From positions 186,001 through 250,000 of the forward strand of contig CT868658.1 in NCBI GenBank assembly GCA_000165425.1: 64,000 nucleotides of DNA. Reading direction: 5' to 3'. This stretch comes from Paramecium tetraurelia. Its lineage: Eukaryota. The notes under the pieces were generated by a model. That model was given only the letters and a program-made list of their open reading frames with translations. It ran no database searches and was not told the origin of the DNA. Shown here piece by piece: positions 1 to 14,955 of the stretch (the first letter of the stretch is position 1; each line of letters starts with the position of its first letter). The position numbers were made by a program, and so were the translations under genes.

Positions 1-1152
1 TACAAGTTACTAGTAGTATTATTATTATGCAGCATTTGCATTTATCTCAGCATTGATAGAAGGGTATCTTTATTTTTCGATCTGTGAAATCATACCTGAA
101 TACATAACGTAGATGGAACATGCTCTGCAATTCAATGAGTCAGAAATCAAAATAACCCAATATAAGCAATCAAATATTACACTTGAAAGCAATAGGGCCA
201 ATCTGACTGATGACAAGATGGCTAACTCGTAATTCAAATACAGATACAGACAAAAGATAGAAAAGTCATATAAATCCTTTTTATCAAAAATCAATAGAGT
301 GGGCAAATCTAAATTTGTTACTTAAATTAATAGGATCATTCAATTTTCAATGTCTTAATTATTTAAGTTTGATCTCTTTGGTGATGTAACCTTCATTTTA
401 GTTCTATAGAATTGCAATTACAATGAATTATTTTATTTGACTTGCATCATCACTGGATTTACATAAGGAATCAATTTTATTTATTTTCTCTACTTAATCA
501 CTAAAGGACTTTTCTAATCTAGTAAGTCAATCCAATAATTATCATCCCAATTCATTAACGAGTTCTATTCCATTGGATTCCTAGGAAGAAATTCTGCTCT
601 ATCTAATTTATTAGATTCCATTGCTCCTTATAATGTGTCAGTCATCCCCAATAATAAATTAACCAGGGCCATCTTACCAAATTAAGCAGGAAAATCAATG
701 AGCAACCTAGTTAAAGTACAAATTTAAATTAATAATAACTTAGGGCTACTTCTTTTAGTTTATTTTTGAAGATTTGCCTCAAATAGTGATACAGACATAT
801 TTTACTGTGAACCAAGCTTGGAAGTAAGAAGGGGAATTGGAATTCCTAACATATCTAAGAATTGCCATCTCCTTATTAACAGTTGTAACCTCTTTTATAA
901 GGTAAATACTGATTAAAATAAATTAGATTTATGTCCATAAGACCAACAATTTTAGTGTAAGATGATTTTGATAAATTAAGTGATAGAAAGAAATTTAATT
1001 ATAAAAATATAAGAAAAGAATTATTACAAAATGAAAAAAAATAGCTAGCAATTTATTCAGAGTTCAGTTCCCATCCTTCAAATGAACAATATGAACGTAA
1101 TGCAGATGAAACTCATCCCTTAAATTTATAGTAATCATATTAAATTCCCTGA
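1..1152 (+). CDS. 3' part of a multi-pass membrane protein (XK-related-like motif), 5' end outside window
   Basis: Code-6 translation after removing introns near 716-743 and 902-926 gives GYFFQFIFEDLPQIVIQTYF...LRIAISLLTVVTSFIRFMSIRP and ends at TGA 1150-1152. The EDLPQxxxQ motif with hydrophobic helices resembles XK-related proteins. Confidence 0.55.
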
Positions 1153-1839
1153 AGCAGAAGATATCATGAATTAAATATTATTTATTAACCACCATACTCT
1201 CCTGTAATCAAATTTCATTTAATTTTACATTAACATATTTTTTATTCATTTTTTAAAAGCAATTTATTCTCATAAATCTCCGATCGATTTACAGTAATTA
1301 ATACTGAAAATTATAAATGGTTAACCAAAAGTAATTTACAGTAGGATAAAATGTCAAAAAAATTATGTATTTCATTAAACATATCTTATTCACCTATGTA
1401 TGAAAACAACCCTTAAAAGTAATATTGATGATCAGAAATTAATCTCTCCAATTTTGATATAAATTTACATATCTTCATACATATATTCTAATATTTCTAC
1501 TTAGATTTATGTCCATAGACTTATCAATTATAAATTACTTTAACATTCATAATCTGTATCAGACTGCAAAGTTAGTTATTAGCTCTTAATGAGGATTAAT
1601 TAATGAAAGATTGAAATTTATTAAAAATGCTTAGGAAAACAAGTCAAGAACAACTTCACCTTGATAGAGAAGTGGAGAATGGTTAGTTACTATCAATTAT
1701 TATAGAGAGCAGATTGAATTGCATAATAATAATGTACACAAAGTATATAATAAATAATCGTTTCTAAATGAAAACGGATAGTTGATTTAAAGTGATTAAG
1801 TTGATTGATTGATGGATGTGTGTAGCAATAATTTAATTA

Positions 1840-2967
1840 ATGAAGATTGCCATATTGCTTATTTTAGCTGTTTCACTCAATGCAGTCTCAACAGACTTGA
1901 ATAGATAGGCCTAGAAGCATGTTGATGCCTTAATGAAAACTAATTGGGGACAAACCATCTTACAATTGGCTGAATTACATGCTCACACAGGAGGAGTTTT
2001 ATAAGACTTAGTAGGAGCAATTGAAGAAATGATTTAATAAATGTAAGATGAATTGGATGAAGTCGAATACAACTATGGAGTTAGAACAAATGAACACAAC
2101 TCATTATCATTATAATATACTTAAGAAGTTTAAGATGCTGATATTGGTATGTGATTTAAATTTAAATTAAGACATCTAAAGAAGTGCTGATACATTGGAG
2201 AATTTACTTTATCCAAGAAGAGAATAACTCAAGAGCAAGATCTAATAATTGATTGATTACTAAGAATTCAATAGAAAGAATGTCGATGAAGAAACATTGA
2301 TCAGAGAATAAGAGCATGAAGCCTTCGAAGCTTAAATCGCTGAATTCAACGATGCAGTTGGTGCCACTGATGATGCCTTAAACTTGTTGAGCACATTGAC
2401 CAACCCATCATTGGTTTAGATTCAAAAATTCTAAAACAATTTGAGAAAGATCGAAGCCAGAATCCAACCACATTCATAACACCAAACTTTAATCAAGGCC
2501 TTGATCACTTTGGCTTCAGAATAAAACTTCTCAGATTAAGGAATCATCAAACAAATCGTTGACAAATTGAATGAATTCAGAAATGCCGTCGTTGATGCCA
2601 TCAATGCTGCTACTGCTTAAGAAGCCTAAGATGTTCAAGACTACGAGGACAGAATTGAATAATTGGACGCTGAATATGCTGAATTCTAAAGATAAATTAC
2701 TAAAATTACCATTGATTTGAATGCTACTTAAGGTAATTGTCAAATAAAATGAAAATAGAAAAGATTGAACAATTTTTATCATTCCAAGCCCAAAGATAAT
2801 CTGACAGAAACACTGCTTAAGCTTTACTTGATTTGGAGAATGAACAATATGCTGATGACACCTAAATTTACACCGACTTAAAGAACAAATTAATCAGAGA
2901 TATTCAAGTGACTGAGGAAGCATTCAGTTTAGTCAAGAGCGTTGACTTCAGCAAAATTAAAGTCTGA
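1840..2967 (+). CDS. Trichocyst matrix protein (TMP / Grl-like granule lattice precursor)
   Basis: Signal peptide MKIAILLILAVSLNA, then WGQTILQLAELH...LQDLVGAIEEM, acidic coiled-coil halves separated by a basic linker after SLVQIQ. Two ~25-nt introns. TGA at 2965-2967. Confidence 0.85.
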
Positions 2968-3091
2968 TTGAATATATAAACAATATATTAATAATTATTC
3001 ATTGAGAATTTCTAGAATAAATTTTAATTGTAGTATAAAAGACATAGTTAAAAATGTTGATAAGAAATAAAAATTAATTTGAGGTAATTAA

Positions 3092-5176
<2,085 letters not shown>

Positions 5177-5690
5177 TATATTATGTTATTAATGTTGTAC
5201 AAATCTATATTTCTATTTTAAAAATACATCTATATTCTAACATAAATTAATGTAATTTTAGAATTAATTTCATTTATACTCATAAATTATAATAATATTT
5301 TGTAATTCTATTTAGTTTATATTAAATCTTTATTATTTCCATTGACTTTTATTATTTCTCTAAGATTAATATTAATTATGTTTATTTTAATTATGATAAT
5401 TGGGAGTATCAAGTAGATAGTTTAGAATTTCTTATCTCGCAAATAATATTCTAACTTGTAAATAATATCTCCCAGGCATATTATATATTAAATGATAAAT
5501 AAGTAATCCAAATAATAAACTATAATTATAAAAAAAATCAGACACAATTTAGTGTATCTTATGCTTATTTTTGATAATTATTTAATACAAAGAGGATATA
5601 AAAATAGATTTATTTTTATTAAACTAATTATCAAGACTGGGGAATTCAAAGGAAGAAGCTAACTATGAATATTAACAATTATATATTTAA

Positions 5691-7014
5691 TCAATTTTTG
5701 TAAATTCTAATTTGCTATGAGATCTTCATTTTGCAAATTGGACATAGTTACAAATTTTTACTACATTTGAAACAAGTCGAATTGTGCTTACAAGGGAGAC
5801 ACAATGCATCTCGTTCATTTTCATGACACAATGTACAAAAATTGTATTCATTATAATTTATACTGAATTTATCTAATTGGCATAGGTATTAATTAACTGT
5901 GCCAATCCTGACGATAGTCATTTCATCTTCTGAGGTAAGTGGATAAATCTAACTTGGTTGTCCATCTGCAGATAATCTTAGCCAAGTGCTAGATACAATT
6001 AATAACATATGCTATACCCATTAGTAGAGGAATGATCTTCAATAGTTACATCCTTGTCTACTAAATAAAATTTAGCATGTAAATTAGATAGATGGTGATC
6101 TTCAGGAAATGCTATATCTGCATTGGTCTTCCTGCCAAAAGTGACAGAGTTTTTCTCTTGATTGAGATGAAAACTAATTTATTCATCACAATTTGGTCCT
6201 TCCATAACAAGGAGTTCAAGTTGAATGCCATCAGAGACTTCCTCCAATTGAGTAACTTAGAACAGATTGCTGCCTAGTTCGATTAGCATATCTTGGGAGA
6301 GGTTCATTCTTTTTTAAATTTTAATATATGTTCCTGTAGTGCTTCCTATATCTTTGATGTAAAACTGTGAATGATAGTATGGAGTGATACCTTAGCATCC
6401 TAATATGTAACTTCAGCATGGAATCTACTGATATTTTCTTCTAATATGAGGATGTGATTGCTGGAATGTCTTCCAATCTTGGCTCCAGCTTGTTTGATAC
6501 AATAAAAGTTGTTTTGTTAACTTTCTAAAGGTTATAGGATGAGTTAATTTTCAATCCTAATTGTTGATTTTGTTCTAAGAACCATGTAACTCGTCGTATT
6601 GATTGATAATTGATTAGCATTATTTGTCCTAACAAGCATTAACATTCTTCTGGAGAGTGAAATCCTCATTGGGTGATTTCTTGATGGTATTGAGTTTCAT
6701 TTAGCATATGTAAATGCTATATTCTTTCAATCCTGTTGATATCCCTAAGGATTAGATAATGATTACAATTCATTAACTTTTTTTTGATCAATTTCGAGTT
6801 GATTCCCAATTCTTCGTCCAAGTCATCCTCTGTTATCTCTTCCAGAATGGAGCCATCAATTGAGCAATTCACTACAATAGAACAAAGGAAACTAGATACC
6901 AAACTTATCCTCCATCTAACCTAGTCCAATGAATTAGAGCCAAATAAGGACATCAGACACTTGCCATTTCTTAGGTTCTTTTGGCAATAGTAAATAGAGA
7001 GAATCATAATCCAT
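5691..7014 (-). CDS. SAM + FHA + FHA + C3HC4 RING protein (putative E3 ligase)
   Basis: KWQVSDVLIWL...SIDGSILEEITEDDLDEELGI (SAM); KIGRHSSN...ISRFHAEV...KDIGSTTGT (FHA1); TFGRKTNAD...LSNLHA...DHSSTNG (FHA2); CTLCHENERDALCLPCKHNSTCFKC...CPICK (RING). Confidence 0.85.
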
Positions 7015-7070
7015 TTATAAAATATTAATATTCCCATGCTAATTCAGTTTATTTAAAGAGAAAATAAAGA

Positions 7071-8532
7071 TCATTTAATGAAGGCAATCACTATTGTAAT
7101 ATCGTCTATGACTTCGTCCTCTCTTTGCCAAGCTTCCCTTGCTAATTAAACCAACTTCTAGCAAGCCCCTTAACTGTCATCTCTCTTGTAATATTCATAA
7201 ACAATCTCAACAACCTATTCATTTGATAGAAATCTAAACTATAACAATAATGATATACTCCCAAATTCCATCCGAAGCAACTACAATAAACTTGTCACAT
7301 GGCAACAGAGAATGCTTAATTATCTCAGGCTCACAAATTACTCCAACTTAACTAGCAATATAATCCCCGAAACTCCTTGACATTGCCAATCCAGGCACAT
7401 CCTCATCCAATTTCCACACTCTTGCTGGTCCAATGGGATTCCCATCCTCATCACTATAAGCCTGTACTCTACCTCCCCTTTAAAGAATCCGAGCCTATTC
7501 CAAAAAGCAATCTGGCTTATGATCTTTGGATAATTCTATAACTGATAATTTGTTATCGAATCTCCCTATGATTGCTCGACTGTCTCCAATATTTGCACAA
7601 TACAACACATTATCAAAAGACAACACTACAACAGTTGTTGCCCCAGAGTATGTTATATCAATTCCACTATCCATCAATTCGTCACTTGTCTACAAAAAGC
7701 AATTCTTAAGCACTTAATTGATTTATCTAGATTCACATCAAATATTTACTTATCTCTCTCATAACAGGATGTCATATGAACTACTCCTTGCTCAACAAAT
7801 TGGGGAAGTACTTCCTATAAAAATTAGGCTACTTAATGCCCATTGGTTCCATGACCATCAGAAACTTGGATATACCAATCATTCTCTCTGCGACAAAATT
7901 TCTATATTAATTTGTATATGTCTTAATTTGTTTTGGTTTACCCATTATAGAGCATACCTGCAGCACTTTAACCGTTTGCTTTCACTATTTATAATTGCAT
8001 AGTCGAAATATCAGGATTACTTATGGAACGTGGCCCCTTAAATAATTTAGGTTTTAGTATTAACTATTGTTATTATTTCGTCATTTCCATTAATTTTTAA
8101 TACTTTTTTTGAATTGTTTCTTGGTTATACAGATCTTTTGGCTATTAAATTTGAGATTGTTTATTTTCATGCTTGTCTTATTTGATTTTGAGCAACAACG
8201 AAAGAGCACTTGTTGATAGATTCTAAGAATTCTCCTTTGTTTCAACTAATTTGCTATTTTAACGTGCATGAGTCTTCTTCAACAAAACCTTGCTCACATC
8301 CTTCAAATCCTTTCCACTCGCAGGTCTTGCCTTCTTAGCTTCTATTTTCGAAGTTCCCCCACTGTTTCTGTTACTGGAAACTAAATATCTAATTTGTATG
8401 ACAATCACATCCATACTTATTGGCAGTCACTATTGGAGATTTCAAACGAGCCTGTTATTCTTATTCGTTCTTCCTTTTCAATAAACTAGCATATAATTTA
8501 TCTGGAGATATCTATGAAACCTTCTATTTCAT
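7071..8532 (-). CDS. Protein phosphatase 2C (PPM family)
   Basis: DGHG, SGATTVV, ANIGDSRA, LSKDHKPD, GLAMSRSFGD, VASDGIWE and DDITIV motifs. Long low-complexity N-terminus. Confidence 0.93.
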
Positions 8533-8565
8533 ATTTGTTAGTTAAATATATAATTTATATAATAA

Positions 8566-9825
8566 ATGATTTAAAATGTGATCGACGTAGTCGAGTCTCA
8601 AACTACATCCTAATCACTATTCTCAAAGCAGACTTATTACACCATTAAAGGCTCTGACAAAGATGGAAACTTCGAAGTCCATCGTCGATTCAAGGATTTC
8701 GTGGCTCTAAGGAATCTTCTAGCTCAACAATGGCCTGGATGCTATGTCCCAAGTTTGCCTGGCAAAAAGCTTTTTAATGGAAATGATCCAAAGACCATTC
8801 ATGATAGAAAAAAATTCTTGAATGCTTTCTGTCAAAAGTTAAGTCTATTACCTCATCTATTCCAAACAGATGCAGTCTCCCAAGTGTTTTTAAGATCCAA
8901 AGACGATAAGATCTATACTAAATTAGAATCAATCAAATCCTAATCTACCCAGGATCTTCTTTAAAAATACTAAACCACATTTGCTGATATTCTAGATGTA
9001 TGTTAATCTCATTTAAAGTTAAGACGGCCATTGATGCAAGCACACTTAAAGAGATTGATAATTTTGCAGATTAAGTCAGAAATTATAGTATAAAATTAAA
9101 AAGCATAAAAAAGATGATTAAGGATAGTGTAGATTCAGGCAAGAAATACAACAGCTGTCTAGAAGAAATAATCAAAACAAGACTAATTAATTTTGAAAAC
9201 TCATTTGTTACTCAATTTATCAATAAAGATGCCTCCTTGTTAATCTTCAACAGAATTAAGTAAGAATTAGCTGACACTTACCAAGAGAATTAAGTTTTCA
9301 GACTCAATAACATTGAAATATTGTTAGATCTGATTAGATTAGAATCTAAGGATTGTAAAGTATTTTATCTAAATTAATATTAAGATTGTATTAAGGTAAA
9401 TTAGTGACAGAATTAATTTGGAAAATAAAGTTAAGACTTTAGAAAACAAGATTATTGAATTGGAGAAGGAATTAGACAAATTGAACTAAGGCAAAGTCTC
9501 ATTCAAAAATTTGATTAAATAGAAGTCACCTGAGGATGCTAAAAAATAGGTTGAATAGGAAATAAGTGAAAGTGTTAAAGAAATCAAATTGTTATAAGAT
9601 TTGATTATTTTGATTAACAAAATCCTTGCACTGAAAGAAAGAAACAGATATGAAAATGAAAAGAATACTTAATTTAAAGAAATTATGGAGATTTTATAAT
9701 AGATGGAATTAGATAGTATCAAATTAGAGTCTTCATATTGGGGATTCATTTTAAATGAAACAAATCAATTAATTGCTTAAACATAGAATTAATCCCAAAT
9801 AGAGGATTAAATAAATACAGAATGA
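8566..9825 (+). CDS. PX-domain sorting nexin-like protein with coiled-coil (BAR-like) C-terminus
   Basis: YYTIKG...VHRRFKDFVALRNLLAQQWPGCYVPSLPGKK...RKKFLNAF is a PX signature. Helical C-terminus, two introns, TGA 9823-9825. Confidence 0.85.
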
Positions 9826-9872
9826 TTTATAGAAATTTTAATGTCTCAAAAATATTAATTATCAAAAATCTA

Positions 9873-11811
9873 TCATTTTATGTTATCCATAACCTTACTA
9901 TATTGATCTTTATTGAGTAATAAATTAGCAATGAGAAAATTCTACAAGTATTCTATATTTTCAACAGTTTGAATCTTGTATAAATTAATTATTAAATACA
10001 TTTTAAGCAAAAACTAACTTTGGTATTATTATAACAAAAAAGCTTTGAGTTTCTTCATTCATTTCTATTTGCGAAAAGAGTTAAAGTTATTTGATGTCTT
10101 ATTCAATAAATGGTTTAAGCAGGTTAATCATAAAATTGACTCCAAATTTAGAGTCAATGACATCGTAAATCACTTCAGATAATCTAATTTGAATTTGCTC
10201 TAAGATTAGTTCCTTAATGAAATCCTCATTGGTTATTGAGTATATTTTGAAGCCATACTCGACTTTTTAAGAATTATCAGCAGTTATCCTAGTTATTAAT
10301 TTTAAAAAGCAATTCCAAAAAGATACTATTAATTCTGACTATTTTATAGAAGAGTATAGCTTTAATATTTCTGTATAGTAATCTTGAGTTTGTTTGATTA
10401 GAAATATTCTTTCTAAATTAGAATGAATCTATTTAATTGTAGGCTATTTTTAAACTGAAAAGTCATTTTCTTCTTCATGTATTAAATCTAAATTTTGAAC
10501 ATTCAATTTAATTGATGGCTTTTATTTTAATGGCAATTCTTCAATATCAGAATCACTTGATTCAGATGTATCCAATTTCTTTTTAGAATTTTTTTTTTTA
10601 TTTTTCCAATTATTATCTAGTTTTTCCAAAAGATTAGCAATCAATAACTTTAATCTTTATGACGCAACTCGCTTCTCAATCCAACAAAGCCTAGGATATT
10701 TTTGAATTAATTTACAGCGTTCTAATTCCTTTAGGAGAAAAACAAAATTAATCTTTATTCCATTGAGTACATTCCTTTTACTTTAAAAAGGAAATGAAAT
10801 CTTGCTCTAATTAAGTATCCTCTCTATATTGTTTAATAAATAGATCATTCTTCACTAGAATTTTAATTATGGATACTTGCTGAAATAATATCAAGAAGAG
10901 ACTCAACAATTTCATCTGTAAAGAATGCTTATAAATTTTTATTCTCTAATAGATAGATTAGTCTATTTTGTAATTAGAGAATAGAATTATTGATGTACTA
11001 AATTTTGATGACTCTATCTTTATAAAGATGAACAATAAATTTATATTCTAAAATTATAGAACACTTTACTTCCGATAAAATTTTATTTCCTTTTAGTCAA
11101 TACAATAATTTCATCATCTTTGTTATATGAATTTTGAAATTCCTCGTAATTTTCTTAATAATAAATAAAGCTATTTAAATAGCTATCTAAAAATTAATAA
11201 GAATTTGTATGTTTAATTATTTCTTTCATCAATTAACTATACAAATGACGAAATTTATTTTAATTTGCCGCAATATTGATTAATTCTTCAATAAATGTGA
11301 TAACATCATCCTTCCTAAATATGTATAAGGACTTATTTACTATTTTTGAGTGAGTAGTTCAATAATAATTTTGCTGATCTAATTGTAATTTTATTGTGAT
11401 AATTGATTTAGTCTAAATTTAAGAGTCTTAGCAAATTCATTAGAGTTATTTTTGAGACCAGCAAACCAAGAGAGGTTTTTGAGGATTTCTTTTTTCTTTT
11501 CCATCTTAAGATTGTAAAAATAAATTCATTACTACTAATGGATCTTCATACTGTCTTTTCATGTATTACTTTTGAATTGGTTTCCGATGTATCAGTGGTT
11601 TTAAATGCTATACCAATGGATGATTAAAGAAGTCTTCTTTGACGAAATTTTTCAATTCTAATGCCGTATAAAATTTTTGATCGCTCGGCCAAAACACATG
11701 TACATTAGAATCGAAATGAATGATGGGTTATTTATCACAAGGAGTATTTGTAGGAGGCATTCTACCATTTAGCTACTCAAAAGAAATTTCATAGTTAAAA
11801 TGTTTCTTCAT
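9873..11811 (-). CDS. MIF4G-domain protein, eIF4G-like
   Basis: After splicing: LKFRLNQLSQQNY, IAANQNKFRHLYSQL, FIVHLYKDRVI and SQRLKLLIANLLEKLDNNW parallel the MIF4G helices of eIF4G (ILNKLT, FIGELFK, SRIRFML..W). N-terminal YTALELKNF resembles a 4E-binding motif. Confidence 0.6.
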
Positions 11812-11843
11812 TATATATATATTTATTTATTATATTTGCCTGT

Positions 11844-12614
11844 TCAAATATCTTCATTTTCAAGCTCTCCTCTTAAGCTATCAACCATTTGATCGGTTTG
11901 TCTTTGTAATTCTTCTGGTGACAACTCACTTTAACCTGGAGTCTTTTCATAAGCAGCTTCTAAGTCCCAACTGGGTGCTTATTCCATCTATGGAGTTTCA
12001 GTCTATTGGAATCTGCTTTCGAATTGAGACATTTCCAAAAGTGATAATTCTTCTGGAAGCAATTAAAGTGGTTAACCATTCTCATCTAACAAATCCAGTT
12101 TATCAATTGCTCTGACATAATCTAAATTATCATCCTAAGGAATATGAGCCATTGGAGGAGATGGGGAATCTTCAATAAGAGCTTGCTTTCCCATATCAGG
12201 TGATGAACCATCGTTTGTGAATAAGTCTGCAAAATTAATTTCCTTTTAAGGAGTTTAATCTAAGGTTTCTTCCACATAAACTTAGTTTTCATTATCAGTC
12301 ACTTAAACAAAAGACTTTTGAGATTTTTTCACAGCATTATGAATAGCATTTCTTTCCTTCTATTCAGCCTTTTCAATTCTGTCTTAATTAGTTAAAGCAT
12401 TGGTAACAGTTTCGGATGAGGATATAACTCCTACATTATTGCTTAAATCATAAGACGCTCCAACATTTTCAGATCTAAAATGCAATATAACAATTTGTTA
12501 CTCAATTTGAACCAAATCTTAGGTATGCTTAGTTCCTTTATGTTGCTTGTGTTTCCTTACGTTGGCTCCATTTGTCAATACTAATACCAATAGAAGAATA
12601 GCTACGTATTTCAT
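11844..12614 (-). CDS. Secreted acidic protein of unknown function
   Basis: Signal peptide MKYVAILLLVLVLTNG, basic pro-like segment RKHKQHKG, one intron, open acidic frame to TGA at 11844. Confidence 0.75.
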
Positions 12615-12887
12615 TTTTTTATATTATTAATCCGTTTTATATTGTAATTAACTAAAATTGCTGTATAATAAAAAATAGCATTTTATCTATTTTTATTTGC
12701 TAAATGAGACTTGAGAATGTATCAATAATGAGAGATCATTAAAAATAATACAATTCAGAATCTAAAATAATAATATTATTATATTACATAAGACTATTAT
12801 TAAATTAGCATTCTAATTATAAAATTTCAAGATTATTCACTATTCAAATATGAGACATTGATATAATACATTGTGTTTTATTATATA

Positions 12888-13835
12888 TCAATAAAACAAA
12901 AATTAATTCAATATAATTTACTTATTTAATTACTACAAAGATGATCTATCTAACTACACGATCCATCTTTGTTTGTTTATGTGATCCATAAGAATATTCA
13001 TTTTATCTGGAAGCAAATTTATTATATTCTTAAGTGTTTTTTCTATTTCACTTTTAACTTTATTAAAATGAACACTAAGTATTGTAACGATATTATCATA
13101 ATACATGAAGCTAACTCCTCGTTTGTCGTAGTGTTCAATTAAGTGATTTAAGAAGTCAAGATGAAACTATATTAATTCTTTGGAGAAGATTTGCCTCGTC
13201 AATTTTATTGGCTTAATATCAGGTGAATCATTCAAATCAAAGTCATTATGATAGATTTTGAATTAAGATCCGAATTATTCAAAATCTTCACAATTAATTA
13301 TTGATAAATGTTCTTTATGTTTTATTTTAACTTAATAATCAAGTATATCTCTTAGTATTGTCATCCTTTTCTCAATTATTTCAGACATTTATTTGTATTC
13401 TTGCTAAGATTTAATAGCATTTTTGTTATCATTCTTATTAGAAATATTTAAAAATGGATGCTAAATTACAATGCCTTCTGAATTCACTTTAATTTTATAT
13501 AAATTAGGATTCAAATTTAATAATTGGAGGACTTAGATGATTTCTGTAAAATTGTTCTAAACAGAAAAATATATTTAGCATTAATTTCTTAAAACATTCG
13601 TTTCTATTCTCTTGCATAAATCTAAAAGACATGCATATTTTTTTGGAAGTGGATAAAACCCACCTTTTTGATGTATACCAAATTTTTATCTTAGACTCAA
13701 GAAGGGTATAAAAGAGGTCTCATTTTTTTTAATGATGGCTGACATCGTTTCATCTTCAAATGAGTTAAAAAGGTCTAGTTTCACCTTCTTGATTGTAAGT
13801 TAGATGCTATCACATATAAATAAGAAATCAGACAT
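12888..13835 (-). CDS. Hypothetical protein, possible divergent Cdt1-like replication licensing factor
   Basis: Open code-6 frame. YPLPKKYACLLDLCKRIETNV resembles the Cdt1 LPYKY..L..F..MDTIV segment, and the C-terminus (EIEKTLKNIINLLPDKM) resembles a winged helix. The family call is tentative. Confidence 0.4.
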
Positions 13836-14352
13836 ATAATTTTAATATTTCTTCCCCTCTCATTAACCGCACTATTTTAATTATAATATGTGCGCCTAAA
13901 ATATATTTATAATTATAATTTGGCTATAATTTTTGAATTATTAACCATCTTAAAAATAATACCCAGTAATTATGAATGTCAATCAAAATTTATCCTATAA
14001 GAATTTCTAGACTTAACAAAAAAAGGAATTTTTTGGAATATTAGTTAACTCCATAATTGATTATAGAGGTAGAATAAATTAAAATTTAAAAATATAATAG
14101 TTTTACTCTCTTTTTATAGATTTTGATCTACAGACATATTATATAAATGTCTCAAAATTTTTTGGTTATTTATATTATTATTAAATTCCTAAAATCGAAA
14201 ATTGATATGAGTCTAACTATTCAATTATCATTCATAAAACTCTTTATTGTTTTGAGAATATCAAATATAATTTTAAACTGTAATCCGAATATATACTTTT
14301 GTAGTACTTATAATAATTGATTAAATTAAATAAAATATATATTGTGCCAAGT

Positions 14353-14393
14353 AAACTTTTGTCTTTTATTGAATAAATAAAAGACAAAAGTTT
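14353..14393. repeat. Perfect 18-bp inverted repeat with 5-nt loop
   Basis: AAACTTTTGTCTTTTATT-gaata-AATAAAAGACAAAAGTTT, located in an intergenic region. Confidence 0.95.
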
Positions 14394-14955
14394 CAATAAG
14401 TTATTATAAGAATCAATTATAAAAGGCTATAGGATTTTTGTATTGTTATTCTCTCTTATTAATACAAATATGCTACAATATAACATCTATATTTAACAAA
14501 ATTTTAGATTAGTATTTAAAATTAATAAAGACTGAACACTATTTTAATATTATTAAAGGTAACTAAAAAATATTTATTTCCCAATTTTACCAAATTCTAT
14601 TAGCATTGAAATTAGCATATATTTCTTGCTCAAAATTTGATTGAGATTGAGATTGGGATTCAGAATTTTGATCTGTCATATTTTAATCTGTTTTAAATCT
14701 GGAATTAATATTCCATATTAAGTTTTGTTCACAGTTCCTAAATAATATCTGAATAGTTAGAATTATCCAAATATATAAATTATAGAATTTCTATTAAGAA
14801 ACTTGCAATAATTATTTACTTTATTAGTCATTTAAGGATAATTACGAATAAGATTAGTGTAATTAAATTATAACTAATAATTAAAAATAGTATTCTTTTC
14901 AAAACTATTAAATATTTTTTGTAGAAATAAGTTCTTATTTTTTAAATGTATATAT

